Origin: Octopus vulgaris
Lineage: Eukaryota
NCBI GenBank assembly: GCA_951406725.2
Contig: OX597829.1
Span: 34,658,001-34,722,000 of the forward strand
DNA length: 64,000 nt
Reading direction: 5' to 3'
The translations under genes and the position numbers were made by a program. This document shows positions 24,501 to 36,900 of this stretch, in pieces. Each line of letters opens with the position of its first letter. Positions within the stretch are counted from its first letter, which is position 1. The notes under the pieces were generated by a model. That model saw nothing but the letters and a program-made list of their open reading frames with translations, was not told where the DNA came from and did no database searches.

Positions 24501-25564
24501 CACACACACACACAAGTTCTACAGCCATCATTCCCAAGCAGATGTGACTTGGTAGGATACATAATGTTTCAACTAACTGCTTTAGGTGTTTGTGTAGTCA
24601 TGAGCATACACTAACGCCCTTTCTGTGATTCCTTGGCCCAACAGAACACAGAAAATATGGCAGATGGAAGGAAAGAAGCTTCTTTTAACACTCAGCTGGT
24701 ACTCATTTCAGCTGGGTAGACTGGAACAACATGAATACTCTACTCAAGGATATACAATGCTGCCACATCCTGGAATGAAGCTCACGACTTTACGTTCAAG
24801 AGATAACATTCTAACTAACTCATAGTCCATGTACCTTTGCATGTGTGTGTGTGTGCCTGTGTGTGATGATTTTGTTTGTAAATATGCTTGTGTATGCACA
24901 TGTTAAGTTGTTTAAGTACAGATGAACTCTGATTGAGCAAATGTATCATCAAAGATATCTCAGTCACGTCGCTAAGCACAGGCATAGCTCTGTGGTAAGG
25001 AGTTAGCTTCCTAACCACATGGTTCCAGGTTCAGTCCCTCTGCATGGTACCTTGACCAAGTGTTTTGTGCTATAGCCCCAAACTGACTAAAGCCTTGTGA
25101 GTGAATTTTGTTGACAGAAACTGAAAGAGGGCCATCATGTATATGTATGTGTCTAAATATGTGTGTCTGTGTGTCTTTTTGTTTATTTGTCCCATTATCA
25201 TTACTTGACAACTAGTTTGTTTATTTCCCTGTAATTTAACAGTTCAGTAAAAAGAGACTGATTCAATAAGTAACTGGCTTAAAAATAAGTACTGGGATTG
25301 ATTTGTTCACCTAAACCCTTCAAAGTGTTGCAAAGCATGGCCACAGTCCAGTGACTGAAACGGTTTACATTATCTGTGTTCTCTCTCTTTCTCTCTCTCT
25401 CTCTCTCCTCTCCTCTCTCTCATATAATTTTTTTTTAGATGATAGTATTATATTTGAGGGATATTTAGCTTCTAACTGGCCTAACAATCAGTTAAAGGTT
25501 CATCCAATTTCTTGGTATATACTTTTGTCTATTTATATATATATATATAAAACATAAAAGAAAG

Positions 25565-25893
25565 AAAATAGAATTCACAAGACTCTTTATTCAGAACCAC
25601 TACGATCGTTTTGACCCTTTATAAACCAGTACCTTTCAGGTGAGATGTACAAACAGCTTTGCTTATTCCTATGACAATATATTTTGGTAATTACCAAAAT
25701 GCATTGTTATAGAAATAAGTGAAACAACAAATAAACAATGAGGTATTTTTTGAAAAGTCATCAGAGGAGACACATCAGTACCAGTGATGTATCATAACTG
25801 TTTATACAACATCTCACCTGTAAGATAATGGTCCATAATGGATTGAAACAATCGTAGTGTGTTATGAATAAAGACTCTAGTGAATTCCATTTT
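25565..25893. repeat. Imperfect inverted-repeat (fold-back) element, Penelope-pLTR-like
   Basis: gaattcac...ctttattca...cactacgat...caggtgagatgt pairs with acatctcacctg...atcgtagtg...tgaataaag...gtgaattc. Confidence 0.65.
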
Positions 25894-26286
25894 CAGTCTC
25901 AGATTTTTTTTTTATATAAACTCTACAGACATGAAGGAATTCCTCAGGTAAATCCCAGTGGCATTTAAATTCATACTGTTGTTGGCATCAGGTAGCCAAA
26001 TATTGTGAATGGGCTTTAAACAGCATACTACAAGATGTATGCCCAAATATAAAATTGTTACTTATATATATGTATATATACATACATGCACACACAAACA
26101 AACATATACACGCATACATGAAACATGTCTATATAGAGTTAGGTGGCAAGACAAATGTCAGTCAGTTGTACCTTGGCTAATAAAAGTTTATGCATACTCT
26201 GCTTTACAGGGATCACTTTCTCTTGTTTGTAACCCCAGGCTATCCATCAATTTATATGTATATATGTATATGTATTTTTTCTTCAG

Positions 26287-26419
26287 GAAAATTACCCTGA
26301 GAAAAAGTCAGAGGTAGAATCTGATGATCCAGAAGATGAAGTTGATTTCAAACTGACAGATGACAAACATGGTGCTACGCAGCAAGATGATGATGTGGAA
26401 GACGAGACTGAAACAACTT
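26287..26419 (+). CDS. TANGO1: TANGO1 exon: acidic luminal region
   Basis: tttttttcttcag| and |gtaagt, phase 0 to 1. Encodes ENYPEKKSEVESDDPEDEVDFKLTDDKHGATQQDDDVEDETETT. Confidence 0.8.
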
Positions 26420-26486
26420 GTAAGTGGTGTTTAAATTTCCTGTATGTAAATATGAATATGAATGAATATACATGTATGTGTGTGTG

Positions 26487-26522
<36 letters not shown>

Positions 26523-26544
26523 TATCTATATGTGTATATATATA

Positions 26545-26580
<36 letters not shown>

Positions 26581-26584
26581 GTTC

Positions 26585-27510
26585 TAGGTAAATTTCATCA
26601 TGGTAAATTCCACCCATGGAGCAACTTTCAGTATAAGCTGCTCTCACTAATAATCACTGTAACCAGTTTCTCTAGACTGCAAGTCAATACCTATGTTATT
26701 TAATCTGTCTGTTTTCCAAGCCTTAAGAAGAGAGAGAGAGAGAGACTGAAGGTGTGATAGAAAATAATCTTTATAAACTACTTCAATTGAAATGGGATCA
26801 CTTTAATGTACTCCCATTGAGCAAGAATGTATGAAAAAGACACATCACAAAATTTCAAAAATAATATAATTTGGAATAAAGAAAGAAAAGATTTAGCACA
26901 CATTTTATTATAACAATAGGATAAAAAATTACAGCGAGTTCATTGTGAGGCAGAGTTAGGATAAGAAAGTTCAATTTATTTTTTAAAATTCTTAAGACAA
27001 ATTGTGTGCAATACTTCTTAAAAATTGCAGAGGGTCCTCATTTTGATATTCCTGAACTAGCTTCTTCAGTCGTGCTTCAATAATTTGAAGTTGTTTAAGT
27101 ACAGATGAACTCTGATTGAGTAAATGTATCATCAAAGATATCTTAATCATGTCGCTAAGCACAGGCATAGCTCTGTGCTAAGGAGTTAGCTTCCTAACCA
27201 CATGGTTCCAGATTCAGTCCCACTGCATAGTACCTTGACCAAGTGTTATGTGCTATAGCCTCAAACCAACTAAATAATTTAATAGGTCTCTTTTTTTCTG
27301 TTGTTGAGTCTCCACGTCAAATGTGTGCAATTTTTGTCTGGCTTAATCCTTCCTCAGCTCTAAGGGCAGTGCATAGTTTCCACAAATTTGGATGTGTGGA
27401 TGTTAGTGATGAGTGCAAAGCGTTGTAGAACCCTTCTAAAGAATTGTTAAGATCAAATGATCTTAACAAATCCATTAAGACACGATCATGTACATTCCTC
27501 TTCAATTAAC
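26585..27510 (-). mobile_element. Mutator (MULE) transposase C-terminal relic
   Basis: ORF 27317-27505 reads NNSLEGFYNAL...HPNLWKL...LRAEE; further downstream QFLRSIAHNL. Interrupted by a 187-bp insert. Confidence 0.65.
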
Positions 27511-27872
27511 ATAAATCTTTTAATTTTAAATTAAAAGTATACCTTTCTTAGGTTTAAATTATAGAAAAATGTATTAGGAATTCAGAATTAGTAGTCGCAT
27601 TGAACAAAAATTAGCAGAAAAAGAGAATAAAGAATATATTTCTAAAATGAATGTTTACATTCCAAAGCAGCAAGCTGGTAGAAACATTAGCATTCTGGGC
27701 AAAATGCTTATTGGTATTTCGTCTGTCTTTACATTTTTGAGTTTAAATTTCATCGCGGTTGACTTTGACGTACAGATTATTTAATTAATTTTTTTTTAAC
27801 TAAACACTTTCAAGCTTCCAATACTGGCAGAATATGTCACATAGAATAGGGTTTACTCCTAACATTTTTGAC

Positions 27873-27909
<37 letters not shown>

Positions 27910-27912
<3 letters not shown>

Positions 27913-28444
27913 AAATGACCAAGACCTTTGGAAATATGCTGTGCGTGAGAAGACCCGGCAGGACAAGTGAGACCATAACCCGTGGCCTTTATCTGGGATG
28001 TAGCCATTCCATTTATGCATAACTTTCCTTCTTGGGACACAAAACTCTGCTTGCGAAGACCTGTTGAGGCAAGTGAAACCAAAATCGATCAAAAAATCAA
28101 TGGAAATTGTAGTTGTGATACCAGTGCCGGTGGCACGTAAAAAGAACCATCTGAATGTGGCCATTGCCAGCGCCACCTCGACTGGCCTCTGTGACAGTGG
28201 ACATAAAAAGCACCAACTAATCGTGGCCATTGCCAGCCTTGCCTGGCACCTGTGCTGGTGGCACGTAAAAAGCACCCACTACATTCATGGAGTGGTTGGC
28301 GTTAGGAAGGGCATCCAGCTGTAGAAACACTGCCAGATCAAACTGGAGCTTGGTGCAGCCTCCTGGCTTCCCAGACCCTGGTCGAACCATCCAGCCCATG
28401 CTAGCATGGAAAACGGACGTTAAACAATGATGATGATGATGATG

Positions 28445-28445
<1 letters not shown>
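27910..28445 (+). mobile_element. RTE LINE 3' end (sense orientation)
   Basis: Reverse complement of the RTE terminus, ending ggacgttaaacaatgatgatgatg. Confidence 0.75.
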
Positions 28446-28476
<31 letters not shown>

Positions 28477-28694
28477 TTATGTGAATATGTATGTATATGT
28501 ATTTATGTGAATATGTATGTATATGTATTTATGTGAATATATATATATATATGTATGTATATGTATTTATGTGAATATATATATATATATGTATGTATAT
28601 GTATTTATGTGAATATATATATGTATGTTTATGTATGTATATATACGTATGTATATATATATATATATGTATATACATATATATATATATATAC

Positions 28695-28900
28695 TGTTGT
28701 GTCTGGGGAGAGTCATTTTCTTTTTGTGCCTCTCACTGTGTGTTGACTCTCAAAACTATTGAAAAGGTTGCAAGACGCAACAAAAATTTTAGGAAAATAA
28801 AAATAAGAAAGAAGTGGAAATTTTACCGGTGAGTGACTCTCCCCAGACACAACAGAATATGCTTCAACACATGAACTCATATAAAGAATCTTAAACCAAA
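28695..28900. mobile_element. Fold-back repeat family, copy 2
   Basis: Same arms and tail as 17351 and 33138, with different internal deletions. Confidence 0.75.
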
Positions 28901-29305
28901 TCATCATCATCATCATTTAGCGTCCGCTTTCCATGCTAGCATGGGTTGGACGGGTCAACTGGGGTCTGTGAAGCTGGAAGGCTTCATCAGGCCCAGTCAG
29001 ATCTGGCAGTGTTTCTACGGCTGGATGCCCTTCCTAACGCCAACCATTCCGCAAGTGTAGTGGGTGTTTTTTATGTGCCACCTGCACAGGTGCCAGACAG
29101 AGCTGGCAAACGGCCACGAACGGATGGTGCTTTTACGTGTCACCGGCACGAGGCCAGGCGATGCTGGCAACGGACACGAACGGATGGTGCTTTTACGTGC
29201 CACCGACACGGGGCCAGACAGAGCTGGCAAACGGCCACGAACGGACGGTGCTTTTACGTGTCACCGGCACGGGGGCCAGCCGAGGCTGGCAACGAACACG
29301 AACTC
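28901..29305 (-). mobile_element. RTE 3' end with about four tandem ~57-61-bp units
   Basis: Unit ggtgcttttacgtg(t/c)caccgg...gctggcaa(a)cgg(c/a)cacgaacgga repeated over 29063-29300. Confidence 0.75.
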
Positions 29306-29336
29306 CAAAAACAAAATATGTGTGTGTGTGTGTGTA

Positions 29337-29416
<80 letters not shown>

Positions 29417-29489
29417 TGTGCATGTCCATATGCATGTTGCTAAGTTAGCAATGAAATGTGGCTGACCGGATGGATTCTTAGAACTTGTA

Positions 29490-29720
29490 GAACTAGAGAT
29501 TGGGAAACCAAGATGGTCCTCTGGAGGACACTTGTCCTAAGCCACTTTGAGTATTGCTCTCAGCTATGGTCAGCAACCAGTGTCTTATAAAGTGGAGAAT
29601 TTGAGGTAATCCAACGAGGCTACATAAAGAAGATAGCCTCTAGGCAGCACATAAGCTACTGGGAAAGACTCAAGAAATTAAGACTCTATTCCATAGAGTG
29701 TAGGTGAGAAAGATATTCTA
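29490..29720 (+). mobile_element. CR1/L2-group LINE ORF2 C-terminal relic
   Basis: Reads YCSQLWS...IQR...KKI...SYWERLKKLRLYS. Confidence 0.6.
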
Positions 29721-29859
29721 GTGGCAACGCTCTCCGAGCACTCACCCCCACTACAGACTTGGGCACGTAGGTAGCAGAAGCTATCAACTACTTTTAGTTT
29801 CACTCCCTGATATGTAATGGAATCCATTTTCTGAGCATCTGCCGCGCACAAAAGCTATA

Positions 29860-30035
29860 CATGTAGGTGCTGGAAGGTTCCTGGCTTTGAGTTCTTGAAC
29901 AGGGTTTAGAAAAACTGAAGGACCGCTGGTGTAAGTGTGTGAACCTGAGAGGGAAATATGTTGAATAATATCATAATTAACAGACTCTCCTGTATTTTCT
30001 TTTTCCCAAAACCAGGAACTTTTCAGCACCCTTCA
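29860..30035 (+). mobile_element. Internally deleted mariner element
   Basis: TIRs ggtgctggaaggttcctgg / ccaggaacttttcagcacc with TA flanks. Retains the transposase end GLEKLKDRWCKCVNLRGKYVE*. Confidence 0.75.
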
Positions 30036-30174
30036 TATATGTGTTTGTGCATATGTACACATACATCATACAGACACATATATGTTTGTGTATATGTATA
30101 TATGTATGCATGCTTGTTTGTGTGAATATATATGTATTCATTTTATTTTATTATTTGTTTGCTTTACAATCTAG

Positions 30175-30239
30175 CTGAAGATAACGCAGACTTGACACCC
30201 ACTGATACAACCCCTAGTGAGACTAACAAGTCTAAGCAA
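30175..30239 (+). CDS. TANGO1: TANGO1 exon: luminal region
   Basis: ctag| and |gtaagt, phase 1 to 0. Encodes (S)EDNADLTPTDTTPSETNKSKQ. Confidence 0.75.
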
Positions 30240-30369
30240 GTAAGTGTCGTTTTTGCCTTCTCTCTACCCATCTCTGTCTGCAAGGGGTCAATGGCAGTGC
30301 AGTTCATAGCTGTTGGCATAGTATTATAGCTGCGAGCTATATTATATTATATAATATAATATATTATAA

Positions 30370-30600
30370 GGCGGCGAGCTGGCAGAAACGTTAGCACGCC
30401 GGGCAAAATGCGTAGCCGTATTTTGTCTGCTGTTACGTTCTGAGTCCAAATTCCGCCGAGGTCCACTTTGTCTTTCATCCTTTTGGGGTCGATAAATTAA
30501 ATACTAGTTATGCACTGGGGTCGATGTAATTGACTTAATCCATTTGTATGTCCTTGTTTGTCCCCTCTATGTTTAGCTCCTTGTGGGTAATAAAGAAATG
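30370..30600 (+). mobile_element. SINE family B (tRNA-like head, Deu/Nin-like domain)
   Basis: ggcggcgagctggcagaaacgttagcacgccggg...ctttcatccttttggggtcgataaatt...ccttgtgggtaataaagaaat. Fragments also at 27670-27770 and 62160-62290. Confidence 0.75.
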
Positions 30601-32548
30601 GATTATAGCTGCCATGGTGTCTGTGGCACTTTGTCATATTCAATTAAATACTTTTTGTTTCTCTTCACTTTATGCTTTCTACTTTCATGTGTGCATTTTT
30701 TGTCTCTTTTTTTACATTCATTTTTGGTGTACACTATCAGTATGTATGTTGTTTTATTTTCTTAATATTAGTGTCCTAATTCACTTTTATGTGTCCTCTT
30801 TCAGCTATTTTAATGTAGATAGTTTTAGTTGTTTACTGCACTGTTAAGTGTTTCCTTTGCATTGTCTTTTTGTACATCCACTGTGTAATTATACTTGAAT
30901 TTATTTTACTTTTTAAAAATATTAGACATTGTAAGTACAATTTGAGAAAGAAAACAGCAACAGGACCACAAATAGGACTTGAACCACTTATCTTTCATTT
31001 GCTATGCAATTTCATTACCAACTATATGATGACACTTCTCAAACTAAATATAATTGATTTCTACTATTTTAACTATATTTTATCTGCAAAATATAAAAGA
31101 GTGTACCAAGGCAGAAAACTTCATTATGTTTCATATAATGAGAAAGTTCTATTCTATTAGTACCACGTGACTGCCAGTCAAGGTGATGGAATTGGGTCAG
31201 AAGCTGTTATTGGTTTACTGAAGTCCAAATACCTACTGAAATTACATGAAAATCATGATAAAACGCATAAAAATTTCAAATGCATTAAAAATAATCAAAT
31301 CAGATTTAAGGTCTTTTATAAGAGAGGGTATGGTAAAAATTATTCATGTTTCTAAGAACAAGATGTTGGTAAAATTTGAAATTTATAATTTTGATTTTAC
31401 CCCTATTCCATAGATTCAGTGTTTCTCAAAAAAGTTAAGTTTTGGAGGGATAAAATGTTCAATCTTTTTCATTTCATTTAATGTAGTCATTCTTGCTACA
31501 TTCATTTCAACTTTATATTCGAACAATGTTTTAATGTCAAAATGGCAGGGTTATATATCTAATTGATTTTATTTCTTGCAATATGATAATTTGTTAAGTT
31601 GCTTTGGGAGTTCAGCTTTTTAGTTTTAACCTTGATGTACTTTAGGTTTGTGAACTGGTAAACAGATATGTTCCTGATTTTCTTTTATAGTATTTATATT
31701 TCTTTTATATCCTTTTGCTAAAAATAGTCTCTTTAATTATATCAGTTTTCCCCATGCTTAAATTGTATGTAACTTCTTGGGCATTAAGACCTTAAGATGC
31801 TAAAAGGTAGTCTGGTATTTCACAGTACTCATAAGAAATATATGATAAATCCGATTTATGACTAGAGGAGTCAGAAGTTTTGTGTACTGATTCCAAAGCC
31901 TTCTTATTATCAAGTTGTCTCTTGCAGTAAAATAGTGCAGGTAAAAACAGTAGGAACAATTCATCAGACCTGCAATAGCAGCTGTTCTGTTGTGTAAAAA
32001 TCTGTAATTTGGTCTGAATATACTCAGCAGGCATATTTTTCTTTACCTCTTGAATTGATGCTTTAAAATCATTATCATCATCATTTGATTTTAAAGCATC
32101 AATTCAAGAGGAAAAGAAAAATATGCTTTAAAATGTCCAAAAGTTATAAATTGTTTATAAAAATGAACATTATTAATTCATTATTCACTATTTTTTCTAT
32201 TGTCCCATTTTTGAATTGCTTTTTTCTAGTATCACATTTTTATGTCTTCTGTCTTTTACTGATTTCTGACTGTTTTTTTATTTTTTACCGTCTTCCTCCC
32301 ATTCCTATTTTTTTTTCTTTATCTTTTCTCAAAGAGAACTACAATTCTGCACAGTTGGCTCCTCTTTCTTTTCTGTCTACATCAAACCTCTGTTTGACAA
32401 AGTTTTAAAGCAACCATGATTTTATTTTCTGATCCATTTAATCTCTTTCGTCCAATTTTCTACCCTTACCACACAAGCACAAATATAATTTGTCTCTCCC
32501 TTCACACAATAGTTTGCCTACATTCATTCTGATGATGTCTTCATGTAG

Positions 32549-32693
32549 GATAAGCAAGCTGGAGAGGCAGAGTCTCCTGGCCAAAGCAGACAGGTTGATG
32601 ATGAGACAGAAATCTCAGAAGATGACAATGGTGGTCTAGCTACAGATGAGAAAACACAAAATGAAGGAAAAAGAGATAGTAATGAAGGCAAAA
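32549..32693 (+). CDS. TANGO1: TANGO1 exon: acidic luminal region
   Basis: catgtag| and |gttagt, phase 0 to 1. Encodes DKQAGEAESPGQSRQVDDETEISEDDNGGLATDEKTQNEGKRDSNEGK. Confidence 0.75.
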
Positions 32694-33137
32694 GTTAGTG
32701 ATTATTTAATACTTCTCACTTTGCTTTCCTGTCTTCTGCCTCACATCTTTCCCTGTCTTTTTGACATCTTGTGTTTCCTGTCTTTTTTTTTTGTCCACTT
32801 CTCTCTGCTTCTTCCTCTTTATTTCTTTGTATATTTTGTATATTCTGTCTTTTATCTACTTATTTTGAATTGTATATAAAGTTATAGTTTATGATTGTTT
32901 CTTCCATGTGCTCTTCTCTCATCATCTCTCGTGTATATTCTTGCCTTATCTCTTCTCTTCTTTCTATTTACCGTAAAAACCCATGTAAATTGCACACCTG
33001 TTTTCAGAATTGTCGATATGGTCAGGGAGAAAAGGTTTTCAATTTAGTTGTATTTAGCATAATTTCCCTTACTTATGATTAGATTTTATTAAATTTTCAT
33101 TAAATAAAAATAATTTCTCTTTAACAGTTATCACATT

Positions 33138-33430
33138 CTGTTGTGTCTGGGGAGAGTCATTTTCTTTCTGTCCCTTATAATGTAACACACTCATTGGTGA
33201 AATTTCCACTTATTTCTTATTTTTATTTTCCTAAAATTTTCGTTGCATCTTGCAACCTTTTCAATAGTCTTGACACTCAGAGTGAAGACTATTGAAAAAT
33301 AAGAAATAAGTGGAAAATTTTACCGGTGAGTGGTAAATTATAAGGCACAAAAAGAAAATGACTCTCCCCAGACACAACAGAATATGCTTCAACACACGAA
33401 CTCATATAAAGAATCCAAAAACGAAATAAA
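33138..33430. mobile_element. Fold-back repeat family, copy 3
   Basis: Inverted arms plus tail, flanked by 12-bp direct repeat agttatcacatt at 33126-33137 and 33431-33442. Confidence 0.8.
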
Positions 33431-33741
33431 AGTTATCACATTAAAAACTATTAAATTACAAAGTGTTTGTGTTGTCTATATAAATAAAATTCATTTTGCA
33501 GACTGACATCTGTCAGTTCGCTTTACTCACTCGGTATACCCTTCTCTTTCCTCAACAGTGTTAGTTCACTTTACTCACTTGCCATACCCTCCTCATTCCA
33601 ATAAAAATAAATAAATAAAAAATATGATGCTAATTGTCTGCTGCTGTTTGTGCGTGTTTGTGTGTTTCCGCATAACTGTGTGAGATTAACCAGATATAAT
33701 TGAAGTATTATTTCACAAATTGTGAGCAGACAATAGCTACA

Positions 33742-33779
<38 letters not shown>

Positions 33780-33791
<12 letters not shown>

Positions 33792-34090
33792 TTGTTCCTT
33801 CTAGAGCCACGCCTGGCTCATAGGACTGGTTTCCTGGTTTCCTTGGCGTATAGGTTCCCCACCTGGACGGGACACCAGTCCATCACAAGTCAGCTGCATG
33901 ATGCAGGAGGAAAGAGTGAGAGAAAGTTGGGGCGAAAGAGTCAGCAGAAGTTCGCCATTACCTTCTGCCAGAGCCACGTGGAGCTTAGGTGTTTCGCTCA
34001 TAAACCCACACATCGCCCGGTCTGAGATTCGAACCCACGATCTCTTGACTGTGAGTCCGCTGCTCTAACCACTAGGCCATGTACCTCTAC
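33780..34090 (-). mobile_element. tRNA-derived SINE (family D) with (AAC)n tail
   Basis: Minus strand has A box tggcctagtgg and B box ggttcgaatc; tail aacaaacaacaacaac. Confidence 0.75.
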
Positions 34091-34138
34091 ATATATATTA
34101 TACATTAATGTACGTTTGTATATATATGTATGTGTGTG

Positions 34139-34247
<109 letters not shown>

Positions 34248-34639
34248 CATGCATATATATTTATATGTATATATACATGCGTGCTTCCCTTTCTCTCTCA
34301 CATACACTCACAGATGTGTGTAAACACACACACACACGCATACACAAGCATATTTGACAAACATCATTTAAAAGCCAGATTAACCGGAAGTAACCAAAGT
34401 ATTATTTTACGAATTGTGAGCAAACAATAGCTTTTTAATGTTTTAGAATCATCTCACTTTTACTTGATAACTATTAATCTTCAAGCAATTCCCAAATACA
34501 ACATCTAAAGTCAACATTAAGGTAAAGTACATTTCTAAATTCTTTGTTACACCCTCCAGTGTTCACATTGTCAGTTACCATTCTCTTCACAAAGAATCTC
34601 TCTGAAATTTAAGCTGGATGTGCTAGAAATAGCAACCAA

Positions 34640-36320
34640 ATCTTACCTGTGAGTAGACGATAGCTTCATTTAATAATAGTGTCATTTCAGAAAATTACGT
34701 TATCAATTAGGATAATAACTTAAATGGTGAATTGTTATGGAAGCAAACGATACAAATTCATTTAACAATTGTGCCGTTTTAGAAAATTACGTTATCAATA
34801 TTAATACAGCTCATAATAATGATAACCCTTTCATCATTACTGACCAAAACTTAAATAAATACAACTAATAATTTAAACAACAATAATATAGGTGTGATTA
34901 ATAATGAAATAAGGAAAATTTTAAATACCTCAGCAAGAAAATGCCAAAAAACAAATGAAATGGGTGAAAATGAGAGAGAAATTCAAAGAGCAAGAAACCA
35001 AGAGTATCAAAGATGAAGATGGGAAACACTCTCAATTCAAAGCAGGACTGAAATTAGAGAAGAACACAGATTGGCTCACCAAGTGTTGAAAGAAAATTTG
35101 ACACTAGAAATAATAAGAGAGGAAATTAGAATTTTGCACATTGTGACAAGAAATTCTCAGCCTATGGAGGAGCAAGAAATTATTACTCAAGTAAGAACTG
35201 ACCAAAACTTAAATGATGCTACTAATAGCTTAAACAACAACAATAATATGTGTGACAAATAACAATACAAGGAAAATTTTAAATGCCTCAGCAAAAAAAA
35301 AAAAATGCCAAAAAAACAAGTGAAATGAGTGAAAATGAGAGAGAAATTCAAAGATCAAGAAATTGAGAGCATCAATGACAAAAACAGGAAATCATAAAGC
35401 ATCAATCACAAAGACTCATTTCAAAGGAGGAATGAAATTAGAGAAGAAAGCAAACTGGCCCACCAAGTGTTGAGGTAAAATTCAACACAAGAAATAAGAG
35501 AGGAAATTAGAATTTTACACGTTGTGACAAGAAATTCTCAGACTATGGAGGAAAGACCAAGATATGCTGAACTATGTACTTCTGTTAAATCATTTACAAA
35601 CGCAGCATTTGATTATGATCCAACTAAAAATTACGATAATCTATCAAATTTAGGAACAATGTCAGTAGTTTGTAAGCATTTTTGTGCAAAACTTTAAGGA
35701 TGAACCTAAGGGATTATGTTGTTCAAATGGTAAAGTTAAATTAAATTTGTTTGAAAAAACCACCTAAACCTTTAAATACACTAATGCTAGGGGAAAATAT
35801 GAACTCCAAAAACTTTTTTAAAGTTATTAAAAAATATAATGAATTGCTTTCAATAACAACCTTTGGAGTTGGTGAATCAATATCGCTACTGGGATTCATG
35901 CCAGTTTTCAAAATACAAAGTCAAATTTACCATAGAATAAGTTCATTGTATAATAAAGATGAAAATATTCCTAGATATGCTCAAGTTTATTTTATTGATG
36001 ATTTAAATGGCCAAATTAATATCAGAAATAGTAGATCTCCTGCAACAAAGTTACACACTACAAGAGATGCTTTTGGAAAATAATGAACTTATTTAGACCA
36101 ATTAAAACTATGGTATCTTTGGTTAACAAACCTAATCTTAAATTGTCAGTTTGTGCAGATAGAGACCAGGTGCAATGACCAAGTATCTAACAATTAGAAA
36201 TGGTTGGAACAGAAATTCAGCAAAGAGGCAATTTTTACTTATAAAGATAATACTGTAAAGAAAATCAATGAATTACATAGATCCTATGATCCATTACAAT
36301 ATCCTTTGATTCATTGGATC
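34640..36320 (+). mobile_element. Decayed autonomous Helitron (RepHel N-terminal part)
   Basis: Zn-finger-like CKH...GLCCSNGKV, ORF 35751-36083 (KKYN...FG...FMPVFKIQSQIYHRISSL...AQVYFID) and INELHRSYDPLQYPL, all Helitron RepHel motifs. Internal ~350-bp tandem duplication. Confidence 0.8.
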
Positions 36321-36499
36321 TAAAATATAATTTACATCCATAAATGACAGGTCATTCTAGTCATAAATAAAATTGTTTTTTGTGGGACTGATGCGTGTCA
36401 GTCCATTTTACTTGCTCGATGCACCTTCTTTCTCCTCCCTCCTGAGACTGACAATAGCAGTCTGCTGTAGCCACTCAGTATACCCTCCTCATCTCTCGA

Positions 36500-36900
36500 G
36501 CGTTCAGTTGTACTGTTGGTGGATTTCAGGAAGTATTGAAGTTTTGAAAGATGTAGTGTCTCGACAACTAACAACTGATGCGGGCTTTTTATTCCATGGT
36601 TCAGCAATTCTGAGTATGAAAAATGTTTGTGAAAGTCATGGGTGCTGTGTTGTTTTTTGATTTTATAAGCATGTCTGTGAGTGTTTGTCATATGGAATTT
36701 AAAAAGGTGCCCAAGGTTGTTGTTGGAAATATGGAGGATAATCTTGTTTATAATAAACTTTATGTTACATTTCTTGCCCACAAGAGATTATGTCTGACCT
36801 TTAGCATACTTCTGTATGTCTTCTCAAACCATAATCACAGGAAAAGTTGTTGATAAGAATTTATCAACAAAAACAAAACTGATAAATACGCACAGGTGTT
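36500..36900 (-). mobile_element. CR1/L2-like LINE 3' fragment
   Basis: ORF 36398-36781 reads HLFKFHMTNTHRHAYKIKKQHSTHDFHKHF, same family as 1885. Confidence 0.65.

Noticed and set aside
29063-29300. Regularly spaced repeats resembling a CRISPR array
   Set aside because: Eukaryotic context, the 'spacers' are similar to one another, there are no cas genes, and the array is part of a LINE 3' UTR.
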